From the IMG/VR virus record IMGVR_UViG_3300030688_000011: 64,000 bases of DNA. The stretch is one strand, 5' to 3'. The DNA comes from an uncultured virus (IMG/VR IMGVR_UViG_3300030688_000011). Lineage: Duplodnaviria > Heunggongvirae > Uroviricota > Caudoviricetes. The position numbers were made by a program, and so were the translations under genes. Positions 38,290 to 47,605 of this stretch are shown here, in pieces. Every line of letters starts with the position of its first letter. Within the stretch, counting starts at the first letter, position 1. Below the pieces are notes generated by a model. That model did no database searches. It had not been told where the DNA came from and saw only the letters and a list, made by a program, of their open reading frames with translations.

Positions 38290-38982
38290 ATGAAATTTCA
38301 GAGTAAGTTTCTCAATCCGATAATAGAAACACCCGCGTTCAAGCAATGGTTCTCTGGGTCTAAAGTTGTGGACGGCGTGGGTCAGCCCCTCCGTGTCTAT
38401 CATGGAACTACGGCTGATTTTGACTCCTTCGCGGGTTTGGCTTATTTCACGCCTGACCCTGAGTATAGTGAGAAGTTCACTGATGGGGGACACGGAAACC
38501 CTAATGGTGGGACTTTTGGAAGACCTGAGGGGGCGAAGACCATCCCTGTGTATTTGAAAATTGGCAACCCGCTCGATGCTCGACCCTTTGGGGAAGACTC
38601 CATCACCGGCCAGCAGTATGCGGAGTTTATCGGTGCCAATAAAACTGACAAGTTCTTCGCACCCTGTTGGTCACTATCTCGCAGTGGCTCATGTCTCCTT
38701 TGCGGGAGTCGGCCACCCCACCCCGGCGACTCCAAGTGCCCGAACGCGGTGAACCGCATGGACGCTTCTGCCACTTTTTGGGAGCATCTGGGTCTGAGCA
38801 AAGCTGCGACGAAACGGGTTCTGTTGGAGAACGGGTATGATGGTGTCTTCATGGAAGAGTCCTTCAACGGTCTGAGTACCACCGCATATGTTACCTTGAA
38901 TCCAAATCAAGTTAAGAGTGCCATCGGTAATAGCGGGGGGTTCACCCGTGACAAAAACCTGACCGCAAAATTTCAGGGGTAA
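38290..38982 (+). CDS. ADP-ribosyltransferase-like (ART-PolyVal-type) domain protein
   Basis: TPAFKQWFSGSKVVD..GQPLRVYHGT, YFT, PVYLKIGNPL, GYDGV, PNQVKSAIGNSG. Confidence 0.7.
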   Translation: MKFQSKFLNPIIETPAFKQWFSGSKVVDGVGQPLRVYHGTTADFDSFAGLAYFTPDPEYSEKFTDGGHGNPNGGTFGRPEGAKTIPVYLKIGNPLDARPFGEDSITGQQYAEFIGANKTDKFFAPCWSLSRSGSCLLCGSRPPHPGDSKCPNAVNRMDASATFWEHLGLSKAATKRVLLENGYDGVFMEESFNGLSTTAYVTLNPNQVKSAIGNSGGFTRDKNLTAKFQG

Positions 38983-39735
38983 GTTCCTTCAGGCTGTCGG
39001 CACAAACACCCGGTAGTCTCTGGCGGCTTTCATGCACTCTTGCACTGAGGTCTTCTGAACTCTGGGTAAGCAGTTGAACTCCTCGACCAGAGCCGTAAGC
39101 GCGAAGAGGGCCTCGTCCAACCGATATGATTCTACCTCATCAGGGGGTAGTCCCTGTATGTCCCCACACAGGTCGCGTGGAACCGTGGTAGTTTCCTCCT
39201 TCAGTTTGGATAGTACCGAGATAAGGTTGCTCCGCGCTACAGCATAGTGAGCTACGATGCAATAATCTGAATCAACCGGGCCAGAAAGCTTCAGATACTG
39301 CACTATAGCCTCTGTCAATTGTGCTTTCATTTCGCTATTCATCGTTGTTCTCATCAAGGCAGTCCTGTGAGCAGTGCCACGCACCATCTTCCGATGTAAA
39401 GTTCTCGCCGATACCCTCAGCAAAGCCGGGGTCAACCTCGGTTGCGGGGTACCGCTTGCCACATACATCACCACACGGGCAGATAATGTCATTGGGTCTC
39501 ATGAATTTACCTCCGTTCCGCCTGAAATCGTGGTCATATTCTGTAGGTTTATCTTGGCAAGTGTAGGAGCCTCCGGTAGTAATTCAACCGCCCCATCAAT
39601 CACTTGTTTCAATTCCTCTATCTGGTCTTTAGCGGTACACATAGGGCACTTGTTGAGAAACCCATCATGCGTCCATGAGACTATGCAACCGTCATGCGCT
39701 TCACATATGTAAATGGCTGCTCTCATAGTGTCCCC

Positions 39736-40128
39736 TTAGTCTGGAGTTCCTTGGAGTTCCTTGAAGAACTTCACCACGTCATCCTTGGTGTACTGGTTCT
39801 CGATGGAGAGCATGGGACGTACGTGCTTGATGCGACCAGTGCTGACAGATGCTTGAGCGTTGAGGTTGTCCATCGCTGCATCCAACGCAGCGGGATTGGG
39901 AACCACAGTCCTCAGCATGGAAGTCAGCGGACTATCTTCGATGTCACTACCCACGGCGTTCAATGCGGTCGCAAATTCCGCCAAGTCCGGGTTCGCGGCA
40001 ACAGCACCCTTGAGTTGGGCTTCGAGGGTGTCGTACTCGGCGTCCGTCATGATGGGGGCGGCGAGGACATAGTAGGCGTGCTGGGCTCCAAGGAGTTTGG
40101 CGTTGATGTCTTTTACGAACGTTTCCAT
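39736..40128 (-). CDS. ligA: NAD-dependent DNA ligase, N-terminal part (domain Ia), leaderless
   Basis: HAYYVLAAPIMTDAEYD.L...VGS...KH.RPMLSIEN. Confidence 0.85.
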   Translation of the reverse strand: METFVKDINAKLLGAQHAYYVLAAPIMTDAEYDTLEAQLKGAVAANPDLAEFATALNAVGSDIEDSPLTSMLRTVVPNPAALDAAMDNLNAQASVSTGRIKHVRPMLSIENQYTKDDVVKFFKELQGTPD

Positions 40129-40231
40129 GTCTTTAGTATACCCGAAGTTACCACTATTTTGTTATTTTGTCATCAATTTCGGAAATATTTTTACCGCCTG
40201 AAAATAGGCACGCAAGTTGAACGACTCGAAA

Positions 40232-41002
40232 CTAAGCTCCGGCAGCGTGGCTGTGAACATGGGTTCCCTCGTTGAGCATCTGGTTGAATGAGGCGAGAAT
40301 GGCTTGAGCATCCTGTTCCTCTACCATGAGATTACTCAGATAGAGAGACTGAACGTCGATGAACTTTTGCAAGCAAGTCCGGCACCGGGTGTCCTCGTTG
40401 GTCAGATGGGGGACACGGAGACCTTGGAAGCGAGACGCCAGCTTGCAACTGAGGAGCGTGGTGGTCTTCAGGGCTTCCTTCGCCCATTCGACCTGCGTGT
40501 TGATGCGGTCGCGAGTATTCAGCTTGGCACGCTTCTCCCGGTGGTTCTTCTCCTGCGAGTCCTTACGCTTGGCAGAGCAAGCAGGGCAATACCGCTTGCG
40601 GGAGGCAGTGGGGATGAGCGTGGGGCACGCGATGCAAGGCTTCATGGAGTCAGCGTCACGCTTCTCCCGGCACTTCTTCCCGATGCGCTTGTAGTGTTCA
40701 ACAGGCTCGGCGTTGCACTCGTGGCAGAGACGTTCCTTCGCCGCAGTCTTATGGCTGCTGTACCACTTGTTCCGTGAGTCGGCATCGACAAATACAAAAC
40801 TGGGTTCAGGACGGATAGCTTTGCTGGGGGCCTTGTAGGCACTGCGGATGACGACGGAGCGTCCCGGCTCTTCCTTACCAAGGCGAAGCAGCAACTTTTC
40901 CTTGGCGATGTCGATGCTGTCTTCTTGTACATCCACCATGTACCGACGAGCACGCCCGTCTGCAACCTCATCCTCATAGTAAAATGAGACACGAAAAATC
41001 AT
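40232..41002 (-). CDS. Cys-rich hypothetical protein
   Basis: several CxxC motifs. Confidence 0.6.
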   Translation of the reverse strand: MIFRVSFYYEDEVADGRARRYMVDVQEDSIDIAKEKLLLRLGKEEPGRSVVIRSAYKAPSKAIRPEPSFVFVDADSRNKWYSSHKTAAKERLCHECNAEPVEHYKRIGKKCREKRDADSMKPCIACPTLIPTASRKRYCPACSAKRKDSQEKNHREKRAKLNTRDRINTQVEWAKEALKTTTLLSCKLASRFQGLRVPHLTNEDTRCRTCLQKFIDVQSLYLSNLMVEEQDAQAILASFNQMLNEGTHVHSHAAGA

Positions 41003-41541
41003 AATAGACTCCCTTCAGATTGTCGGGCTCCGACCTGTTGTGTCTGGCGGGGTCTCCTGATGATTGCTTGTATTTCCTCCAAGGATTTTGCGTCGAGTAT
41101 CAAGAGGGCACGGTTGTACCTGTCCCTGATACCTTGTTCACTTTTGGGTAGAGTATGAATCCGCTTCATGTTGATTGTAACATCCACCCGTTTCAGTCTA
41201 CGGGAAGCTTCCCCCTGCCACGCCCGGACGATGAAGTCAACATAGACTTCCTTCTCAAGCTTGCGGCGAGTCACTCCGTCCACGATGTTGGCTACGACCG
41301 GGCCAAATTGTTCGAGGATGTAGGCGAGGGTGTATTCCGTGTCTTCTACCACGTCATGGAGCACGGCAGCGGACATAAACTCTTCGCGGGTGACGGGGAT
41401 TGGACTTCGGTCGTACTCTTCACCCGCAGCCAGCATCACCACAAAGGCGTGGAGGATAGCAGGGTAGCCCTGCTTATCCAGCATACCTGCGAAAGCTGAT
41501 GTGGCTAACCGGATTGCTTTCTCTAATATACCTGTACTCAT
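40999..41541 (-). CDS. HD-domain hydrolase (SpoT/Mesh1-like)
   Basis: DKQGYPAILH, AAVLHDVVEDT, FGPVVANIVDGVT. Confidence 0.8.
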   Translation of the reverse strand: MSTGILEKAIRLATSAFAGMLDKQGYPAILHAFVVMLAAGEEYDRSPIPVTREEFMSAAVLHDVVEDTEYTLAYILEQFGPVVANIVDGVTRRKLEKEVYVDFIVRAWQGEASRRLKRVDVTINMKRIHTLPKSEQGIRDRYNRALLILDAKSLEEIQAIIRRPRQTQQVGARQSEGSLL

Positions 41542-41549
41542 ACACGAGT

Positions 41550-41580
41550 AGTATACCTGAGATAAACACGGCTCGAACAA
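41550..41580 (-). promoter_or_regulatory. repeated promoter TTGTTC-N19-TATACT
   Basis: motif copy; ATG 8 nt downstream. Confidence 0.75.
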
Positions 41581-41648
41581 CTTTTTCTGGAACTTTTTCA
41601 GGAATGGTTTGTTTTCAACAGGTTAGGAGCCTGTGATAAAATACCCAG

Positions 41649-42323
41649 ATGGAGACGGGAACCCCAGAAGCGTTGATGGCACGGGATTTCGAGAGCATGT
41701 TCGCTCCCGCTGACCTGCACCCGGACTTGGCCGCATACCTCGTCAAGGGGCCACCCTTCGACATGCTGCAACATCCGTTGGTCTACTCTGTACCATATCA
41801 CGAAGTGATGAACAATCACCACAACCAACGGTACGAAATGTTGAAGGCCGATGCGGAGAAAGCTTTGAAGGAAGGACGAGCATTCCATTACGTCTTCCAG
41901 TACGAGCGCCCGTATCGGCTTAACGCTCTGTGTGATTATCTCGACAGGAAGACCCTCAAGGACGGGGACTACTGGGACCTGCTGGGGGCGGTGTGGACGG
42001 ATTCGGAAAATTGCTGGCAGAACCTAGAAATCTGGAAGCGGTTGCTGAGGTCGAAGCGGAGCCAGAAGTTCCGCTTCATGGATGAGACAGAGCGGAAGGC
42101 CCTGAAGGAACTCCCGGCTGAGTTTACCGTATACCGTGGATGCGTTCGCGGTCTGAATGAAGAGGGGTTGTCGTGGACGCTCAATAAAGACAAAGCTGAA
42201 TGGTTCTCCCAGCGATGGAGAAGGAAAGACGAGACCGCAATCGTACTCACGAAGACCGTGAGCCGGAAGCAAGTGTTCGCCTATCTGTTAGGACGTGGGG
42301 AAAGTGAAGTGATTATACTCTGA
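41649..42323 (+). CDS. putative R-S-E ADP-ribosyltransferase-fold protein, leaderless
   Basis: VYRG...SWT...ESEV; ATG 6 nt after TGnTAAAAT. Confidence 0.55.
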   Translation: METGTPEALMARDFESMFAPADLHPDLAAYLVKGPPFDMLQHPLVYSVPYHEVMNNHHNQRYEMLKADAEKALKEGRAFHYVFQYERPYRLNALCDYLDRKTLKDGDYWDLLGAVWTDSENCWQNLEIWKRLLRSKRSQKFRFMDETERKALKELPAEFTVYRGCVRGLNEEGLSWTLNKDKAEWFSQRWRRKDETAIVLTKTVSRKQVFAYLLGRGESEVIIL

Positions 42324-43812
42324 CCAGCTTGCCCGTGAGTTCCAAGCCGGGGAGAGCCGCCTTAATCTTGAGAGCCATCGCACGCGAGTAGAGGACAGCC
42401 TTAGCCTTGTTGGTGGTAAGGTGAATCTTACCGCCCTTATTGTCCACGCCGGAGACGTAAGCCACTGACGCCTTCTTGAGCTTGGTTGCATCCACCTGAA
42501 TGGCGTACTTCATCGAAGCATACTTCGCTTCGAACTTCGGCCACACATCGCCCAGCATTACACTGCCGTCCGGGGACTGGCGAGAGTAGAAGAGAGCGAA
42601 GTCAGCGGCCTTACCGTCATCCACCTTTTGAACATTGTGTGCCCACATCTTGGCGTTATCCATAACTGACTTACGCCGTTCCGCGTCCGGCTTGATGTCA
42701 TTCTGGCGACGGTCGAAGTCGAACAGACCACCATACTTCTTGGCCTCAGCAACTTCCTTATCGAAGAAGGACTTGATGAAGTCCTGCAACATCTGCTCGT
42801 AACTTGCGTCAGCGGAGAGTGTGCTTTCGATGCTGTCCAGCCCAGCCCAGAAGGATTCAGCCTCATCCCCCTGAAGGTGCTTGGTAGCGTTGGCCGGGGA
42901 GATGAGAACCACGTCGTTCCCACTCGCTTCATAGTCGTACTGCTTCGGTGCGGTGGTGGACATGTCGAAGGCAAGCTTGGGTTTCTTTTTGCGAAGGAGG
43001 GCGTTCTTGGTATGAGCGAGTACGCCCATCTCTTTGAGAGGGCCAGCCTTGTCTTCTTCGGTGAACTCGCGGTCGTGCTTGACTGGCGTCGGATGCAGGT
43101 TGCTCAGAGTCTGCCACAGTTCTTCGGAGTCCTGTCCCTGCTGTACCAACTCTCCGCCGCGTTCGACAAGGAAATAGGGCTCAGGACCTTCGTGAATCAT
43201 GACCTGAATGTCGGACTTGATGGGGTGGCAGTACACGGTGTCTTCCCACTCAGTGTCGGCTTCCTCGTCAATCACGTAACCCAGCTTTTTCAGGATGTCA
43301 ACCCACTGGTCTTCGGCAAAGACAGCGGTCTTGGCGGATGCGGTCTGCTCGATGCCCATGGTTTTGAGCAACTCGGCGTCATGGACGGTGGGCTCGTACA
43401 TATCCTTCGGCGGCTGGGGTTCACCCTTCTCCGTACCAGCCTGATAGATGTAGCCGTCATCGCCGACGTAGAGGTCTACGTTGCCAAACTTCTCGGATAC
43501 CTTGGTAAGCTCGTCGCCATGCTTCGGCCAGTCGCCATCCCAAAAACCGGCACCGTGACCGACGCGGGTGAGCCAGAAGTCGTGACCGGCCTGATGTAGT
43601 CCCTCGCCTTCATCTTCAATCAGGGCTCCGCACTGTTGCTGGAACTCCTGACAATCCTTCACCATAGCCTCAAGGGACTCAGGGGCGATGTCGTCAAGGC
43701 TGTATTTGTCGAGGGGCTGGTCTTGGTCGTCGGTCGATGACCACAGGGCGGCTTCGATGTAAGCACTGGTGAACTCATCCAGATTGGGGGAGGCTACTTT
43801 TGACTGGGACAT
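42313..43812 (-). CDS. acidic multi-domain phage protein
   Basis: AYIEAALWSS...AGHDFWLTR.GHGAGFWD N-terminal domain. Confidence 0.75.
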   Translation of the reverse strand: MSQSKVASPNLDEFTSAYIEAALWSSTDDQDQPLDKYSLDDIAPESLEAMVKDCQEFQQQCGALIEDEGEGLHQAGHDFWLTRVGHGAGFWDGDWPKHGDELTKVSEKFGNVDLYVGDDGYIYQAGTEKGEPQPPKDMYEPTVHDAELLKTMGIEQTASAKTAVFAEDQWVDILKKLGYVIDEEADTEWEDTVYCHPIKSDIQVMIHEGPEPYFLVERGGELVQQGQDSEELWQTLSNLHPTPVKHDREFTEEDKAGPLKEMGVLAHTKNALLRKKKPKLAFDMSTTAPKQYDYEASGNDVVLISPANATKHLQGDEAESFWAGLDSIESTLSADASYEQMLQDFIKSFFDKEVAEAKKYGGLFDFDRRQNDIKPDAERRKSVMDNAKMWAHNVQKVDDGKAADFALFYSRQSPDGSVMLGDVWPKFEAKYASMKYAIQVDATKLKKASVAYVSGVDNKGGKIHLTTNKAKAVLYSRAMALKIKAALPGLELTGKLVRV

Positions 43813-43879
43813 TGGGCTTCCTTATAGAGAAAAATACGTCTATAAAGGGAGCCCGAAGCTACTTTTTCTCTACGAGATG

Positions 43880-44021
43880 ATTGAATGCCCCGCCAGTCGG
43901 AGGTTGCGACAACGCACGTGTAGGCGTTGACTCTCACGATGGAGAGACGGGTGGTCTCAGGGTCTGGATGCGGTTCCAGTACAACTGGAACTACGTATGC
44001 GTGGCTGTTGCTATCTGCCAT
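43880..44021 (-). pseudogene. N-terminal fragment resembling DRB0094-family RNA ligase
   Basis: VVPVVLEPHPDPETTRLSIVRVNAYTCVV...W.G, after which similarity stops. Confidence 0.45.
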
Positions 44022-44024
44022 AAC

Positions 44025-44366
44025 TCACTTCACTTTCTTGGGGAGAAACTTGATGGTGACTTCAACGTCGTCACCCTCCTCAGCGGCCTCTTCAGTCGCA
44101 CGGGATACCGCCAACGTCATAGACGGTGCATTACCCAGTAACGTCGATGAGGAGTCGTAGCTTTGAATGTCTATAGTCCCGCCGTCTTTGTTCTTACTCA
44201 CAATCCAAACCTTGTAAGGGATGGTGATGACTTCGGGAGGAGCCGGGGCTACATTGTTGGAGTTGGTTATGCTGGGTCTCAACACGGCGTAACCGAACTC
44301 AAATGCACTCAGGCAGAGGACAAGGAATACAGGCACGCCAATCGCCATGTACTTTACTCTAATCAT
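44025..44366 (-). CDS. membrane-anchored hypothetical protein
   Basis: AGGAG RBS; N-terminal TM. Confidence 0.6.
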   Translation of the reverse strand: MIRVKYMAIGVPVFLVLCLSAFEFGYAVLRPSITNSNNVAPAPPEVITIPYKVWIVSKNKDGGTIDIQSYDSSSTLLGNAPSMTLAVSRATEEAAEEGDDVEVTIKFLPKKVK

Positions 44367-44649
44367 GAATGTCTCCTTGACAGGAGTCTATCATAAAAGT
44401 TGGAGTTTTCTACAAATTAGTTTCACCCAAGTCAACCCCACACCAGTACAGAGTTGCAGCCGGGTGTTCTTCGGTTGCGTACTCTACTGTAATCGTAGAG
44501 GGTGGAAGGGGGTTCTGACATGAGAGCCAATAACCGTCATGCTGGGTGTACGTGTTGCTCCTGTCATCGGTCACTGAGGGCTTCCTCCGCGTCTACTAGG
44601 AAGTAGTCGCTAGGGGGAGGCCCAGCCGCGTTGATGACAACGAGATAGC

Positions 44650-45615
44650 TCACTTGACAAGTGCCTTCTTTACATTGGCTTTGAATTCCTCGAACAGGGG
44701 TTCAGGCTCAGGTTTGTTTTTCAAGTTCAAGGTGTTGATTTTGTCCTTCATGCTTCTCATCTGTTCCAAATCCGATTCGAATAGTCCCTTGCGACCGGGA
44801 TTGAGAGAAGAAGCAAGAGCGTGGAACTTGAGAGCAACTTCGGCCTGTTCCGATTTCACGATGAGCAAGGGGGCAACCAACTTAGCTACCTCCGCTGCTG
44901 CTGCGTGACTCCACACTAATGCCCATGCTGTCGCATGTTTGTCGGTCGCCTTGCGAGTCTGCATCACAGAGCCCCCGAATCTAGCCTGAATGGTTTCTAA
45001 CAACCCCTTGTTGGTGTTGTAGACATAGCTCCTAAGGTAGTAGGACTCTTTACGCTTTTCTTCCCTCTTCACAATGGTTATGGAGCCCTCTGCATCAATC
45101 ATAGCGGCCAGATAAGCCGAAGTCATTTGAGAAGCTACCTCCGCATTTATGCCACGAAGCTTCAACCAACCAATCTCTCTCTGAGAGAGGGCCGGTGGAG
45201 GGGGGTCTCCCGGAGACCAAGGGTTAATATGGTCAGCGAGGTTGTTGAAGGACTTGCTACGATACCCGGTGGATACCCATATACCCATTTGGAGGGCGTT
45301 CAATAGATTCCATATAGCTTGGGGGAGATGGGCTTCTGAACGGTCGCCTTCTCTGTAACGTTCGATGTGACGAAGGGCTGAACCTAATAGGTCGCCAATT
45401 TTCATCCCATTTTCCCAGTTGCGGTCGTCCCCATTTCCAGTCTTGCTCCGACCTTTATTACCAGCCTCATAAATACAGCTAACAAGGGCTAAAGCCTGAC
45501 TAGGCATCCACTCGGGGGCACCCTTACCTGTACGACTGTCACGTTGAGCACCACCTTCGTAAATGGTCTCACCAGCAGCACTCTTCTTGAACCCTACATC
45601 TAAAGTATCGCTCAT
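44650..45615 (-). CDS. dATP/dGTP diphosphohydrolase-like (DUF5664) domain fused to LAGLIDADG endonuclease
   Basis: GAQRD...GK...P..AL...YEAG...RNWENG...SALRH...HL; AYLAAMIDAEGSI...FGG...KSEQA. Confidence 0.75.
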   Translation of the reverse strand: MSDTLDVGFKKSAAGETIYEGGAQRDSRTGKGAPEWMPSQALALVSCIYEAGNKGRSKTGNGDDRNWENGMKIGDLLGSALRHIERYREGDRSEAHLPQAIWNLLNALQMGIWVSTGYRSKSFNNLADHINPWSPGDPPPPALSQREIGWLKLRGINAEVASQMTSAYLAAMIDAEGSITIVKREEKRKESYYLRSYVYNTNKGLLETIQARFGGSVMQTRKATDKHATAWALVWSHAAAAEVAKLVAPLLIVKSEQAEVALKFHALASSLNPGRKGLFESDLEQMRSMKDKINTLNLKNKPEPEPLFEEFKANVKKALVK

Positions 45616-45627
45616 GCAGGATAATAC

Positions 45628-46111
45628 TTACTTCTGGTGGATAAGAATCGTACCATTCTGCACTTCGATGACGGGATTGGTAATGACCGTGGAACCAGTG
45701 GAGGCAACTGGGGCTGAAGTTACTGCTACCGGGGTCTTAGCGGCCTGTACGGGGATTGCCATCTTCTGCACGGCGACGATGTAGCGACTGCCGCTGTCCG
45801 ATGAGATAGGAGTCCAGAAGTAGTCTCGGTACTGTACCTTGACTTCGTACTGCCCGTTGAGAGCATCCTTCAACTGAGCGTACACTGCGTCGTCGGTGAC
45901 CGTGCCATTCAGAGGCGTGGTGGAGAAGGAGCCGGAGCCGCCGTTCATGCCGCCACGGACAATCTCAACTTCGTTGGTCGTGTTGAGTACGCCTTCCTGC
46001 GATACCTTGATGACAGAGCCGACCTTCTCGCCGTTGCCGACAAGATGGGTGCAGCCAGTGAGGGCGAGGGCGGACGTGAGCAATACTGCTTGTTGCGATG
46101 CGACGGTTCAT
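45628..46111 (-). CDS. putative lipoprotein with an apparent +1 frameshift in the signal peptide
   Basis: AGGAG+ATG at 46111 (MNRRIAT) out of frame with AVLLTSALALTG|C lipobox. Confidence 0.6.
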
Positions 46112-46296
46112 GTTATCTCCTGTATTCGACAGCGGTCAGGTAGTACCGGCTGTCATCGAAATCCTTGACGTTCCCGATTTGCGTGTTGGGGCTAACCTCC
46201 GATGAGACCTGTGCTTGGTGTGGGAGTCCCTTCCTTTCAAGGTAACCCCGCACCGCATACAGAATCTCATCCTCAGCCACAGTACACATCGGGACT

Positions 46297-46953
46297 TCAA
46301 CTTCGAGCGTGATTCGTTTGACCTTCATGAATTTCCTTTTGGTGTTGAACCAACCGTTTAGCCCAAGCTAGGAACTCCACCACTGTCATGGTGCTCTTCG
46401 CTATGTTACAGAACTTGCAACAACTGACCACGTTATCAACGGAATATGCTCCCTCGCTATCAATTCGGTCGAGCCCATTGATAACTATCCAAGCCTTATC
46501 CCATCTCTCTCTACTTACCTCAGTCACCCCTCCAGCCGCTCTACCCCCGTTATGGAAAATTTTACCGTTGTACCTTTGACAGGGGGCTGAACCACAGTAC
46601 CCACAATCTCTGTATATAAACCCACAGAAATCGTCAAGGGTTATATCGAACCGGATACCTCTAGTCTTAGCAGAGGATTTTGTACGGGAGAAAAGGTACG
46701 TTTCTGACGCTTGGGCTGGTGCGTGGGTGGGTTTAACCCCGTAAGCGCGATCTTTGTACCGCATACACCCACATGACTTCCGACGACCCGTAACTATGTT
46801 TCCTGTGGCTTCTTCAAAAGTGACGCCACAGACACAGCTACATACCCATAGTTGCCGGAGATGCCCACCCTTACTTTCCCTTTTACCCCCCTTAGTCAGC
46901 ACGTCAAAATGACCGTGCTTTGTGGCGGTTAAATCAATAAACTCCCTTTTCAT
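46297..46953 (-). CDS. HNH-type homing endonuclease
   Basis: WVCSCVCG, KSCGC, CGYCG, NGLDRIDS..AY..DNVVSCC..CN.AK. Confidence 0.85.
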   Translation of the reverse strand: MKREFIDLTATKHGHFDVLTKGGKRESKGGHLRQLWVCSCVCGVTFEEATGNIVTGRRKSCGCMRYKDRAYGVKPTHAPAQASETYLFSRTKSSAKTRGIRFDITLDDFCGFIYRDCGYCGSAPCQRYNGKIFHNGGRAAGGVTEVSRERWDKAWIVINGLDRIDSEGAYSVDNVVSCCKFCNIAKSTMTVVEFLAWAKRLVQHQKEIHEGQTNHARS

Positions 46954-46961
46954 GTGTACCT

Positions 46962-47004
46962 CGAATATGGCATTCTTACTAACTAATAAAGAATGCCATA
47001 TTCG
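46962..47004. repeat. perfect 16-bp inverted repeat adjoining the endonuclease RBS
   Basis: CGAATATGGCATTCTT-N11-AAGAATGCCATATTCG. Confidence 0.9.
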
Positions 47005-47010
47005 TAAAAC

Positions 47011-47595
47011 TTACTTACGTAGATTAAGTGCATCTGCTTTATGCGTATTAAAATCCTGTTGTGTCTTGTCCGAGGTCAGGATAGCATACTTGTCTTCGGC
47101 ACCATCAGGCACACCGCACTGGATGTGAGGGTAGCTACCGATGGTGTTATAGAACCGGCCAGAGGTCGTCGCCTTCAGCATGAGACCATAGCTCTGCTTC
47201 TCGCTGATAAGTTTCGTCTGCGAGGCTTCGAAGGTCGAGTGGAAGGACTCAATCTGCTCCTGCACCTTGCGGTACAGAGAGGCATCAATCTGCGGGTTGG
47301 ATTCCTTGATGAACTGAAGCGTAGCCTGAGAGCCGTTGGCTCCGTAGCGGCCAGTCAGGGCACCCTGCCAGACCTTCTGCATGTCGTCACGGTAGTTCTC
47401 CGGCACCTGTGCCGTCTCCATGACTTGCTTCCAGCCGTTGTCGTAGACGTTCTTCATCTGTTGATACTGGGCCGGGATGTCCACTTCGAAGTGGTTGGCG
47501 TCGTTCGAGAAGCTGATGTAGCCGCCGACTAGCATGACGCCAAACAGGACGAACACGCCGACGATAGACAGGACGATGATAGTTCCCTTCTTCAT
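47011..47595 (-). CDS. LemA-like membrane-anchored protein
   Basis: N-terminal TM; QVPENY, GRYG, FIKESNP...SLY. Confidence 0.6.
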   Translation of the reverse strand: MKKGTIIVLSIVGVFVLFGVMLVGGYISFSNDANHFEVDIPAQYQQMKNVYDNGWKQVMETAQVPENYRDDMQKVWQGALTGRYGANGSQATLQFIKESNPQIDASLYRKVQEQIESFHSTFEASQTKLISEKQSYGLMLKATTSGRFYNTIGSYPHIQCGVPDGAEDKYAILTSDKTQQDFNTHKADALNLRK

Positions 47596-47605
47596 TTTGA
47601 ATCTC

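Noticed and set aside
37254..39735. Group I/II intron or intein in ligA
   Set aside because: The N-part stop is followed at once by the RBS and ATG of the next gene; no intron core or intein motifs seen.
42313..43812. KxA repeats as prohead-protease cleavage sites
   Set aside because: Several KxA/KxS motifs lie at apparent domain borders, but the motif is too short to support without the structural genes.
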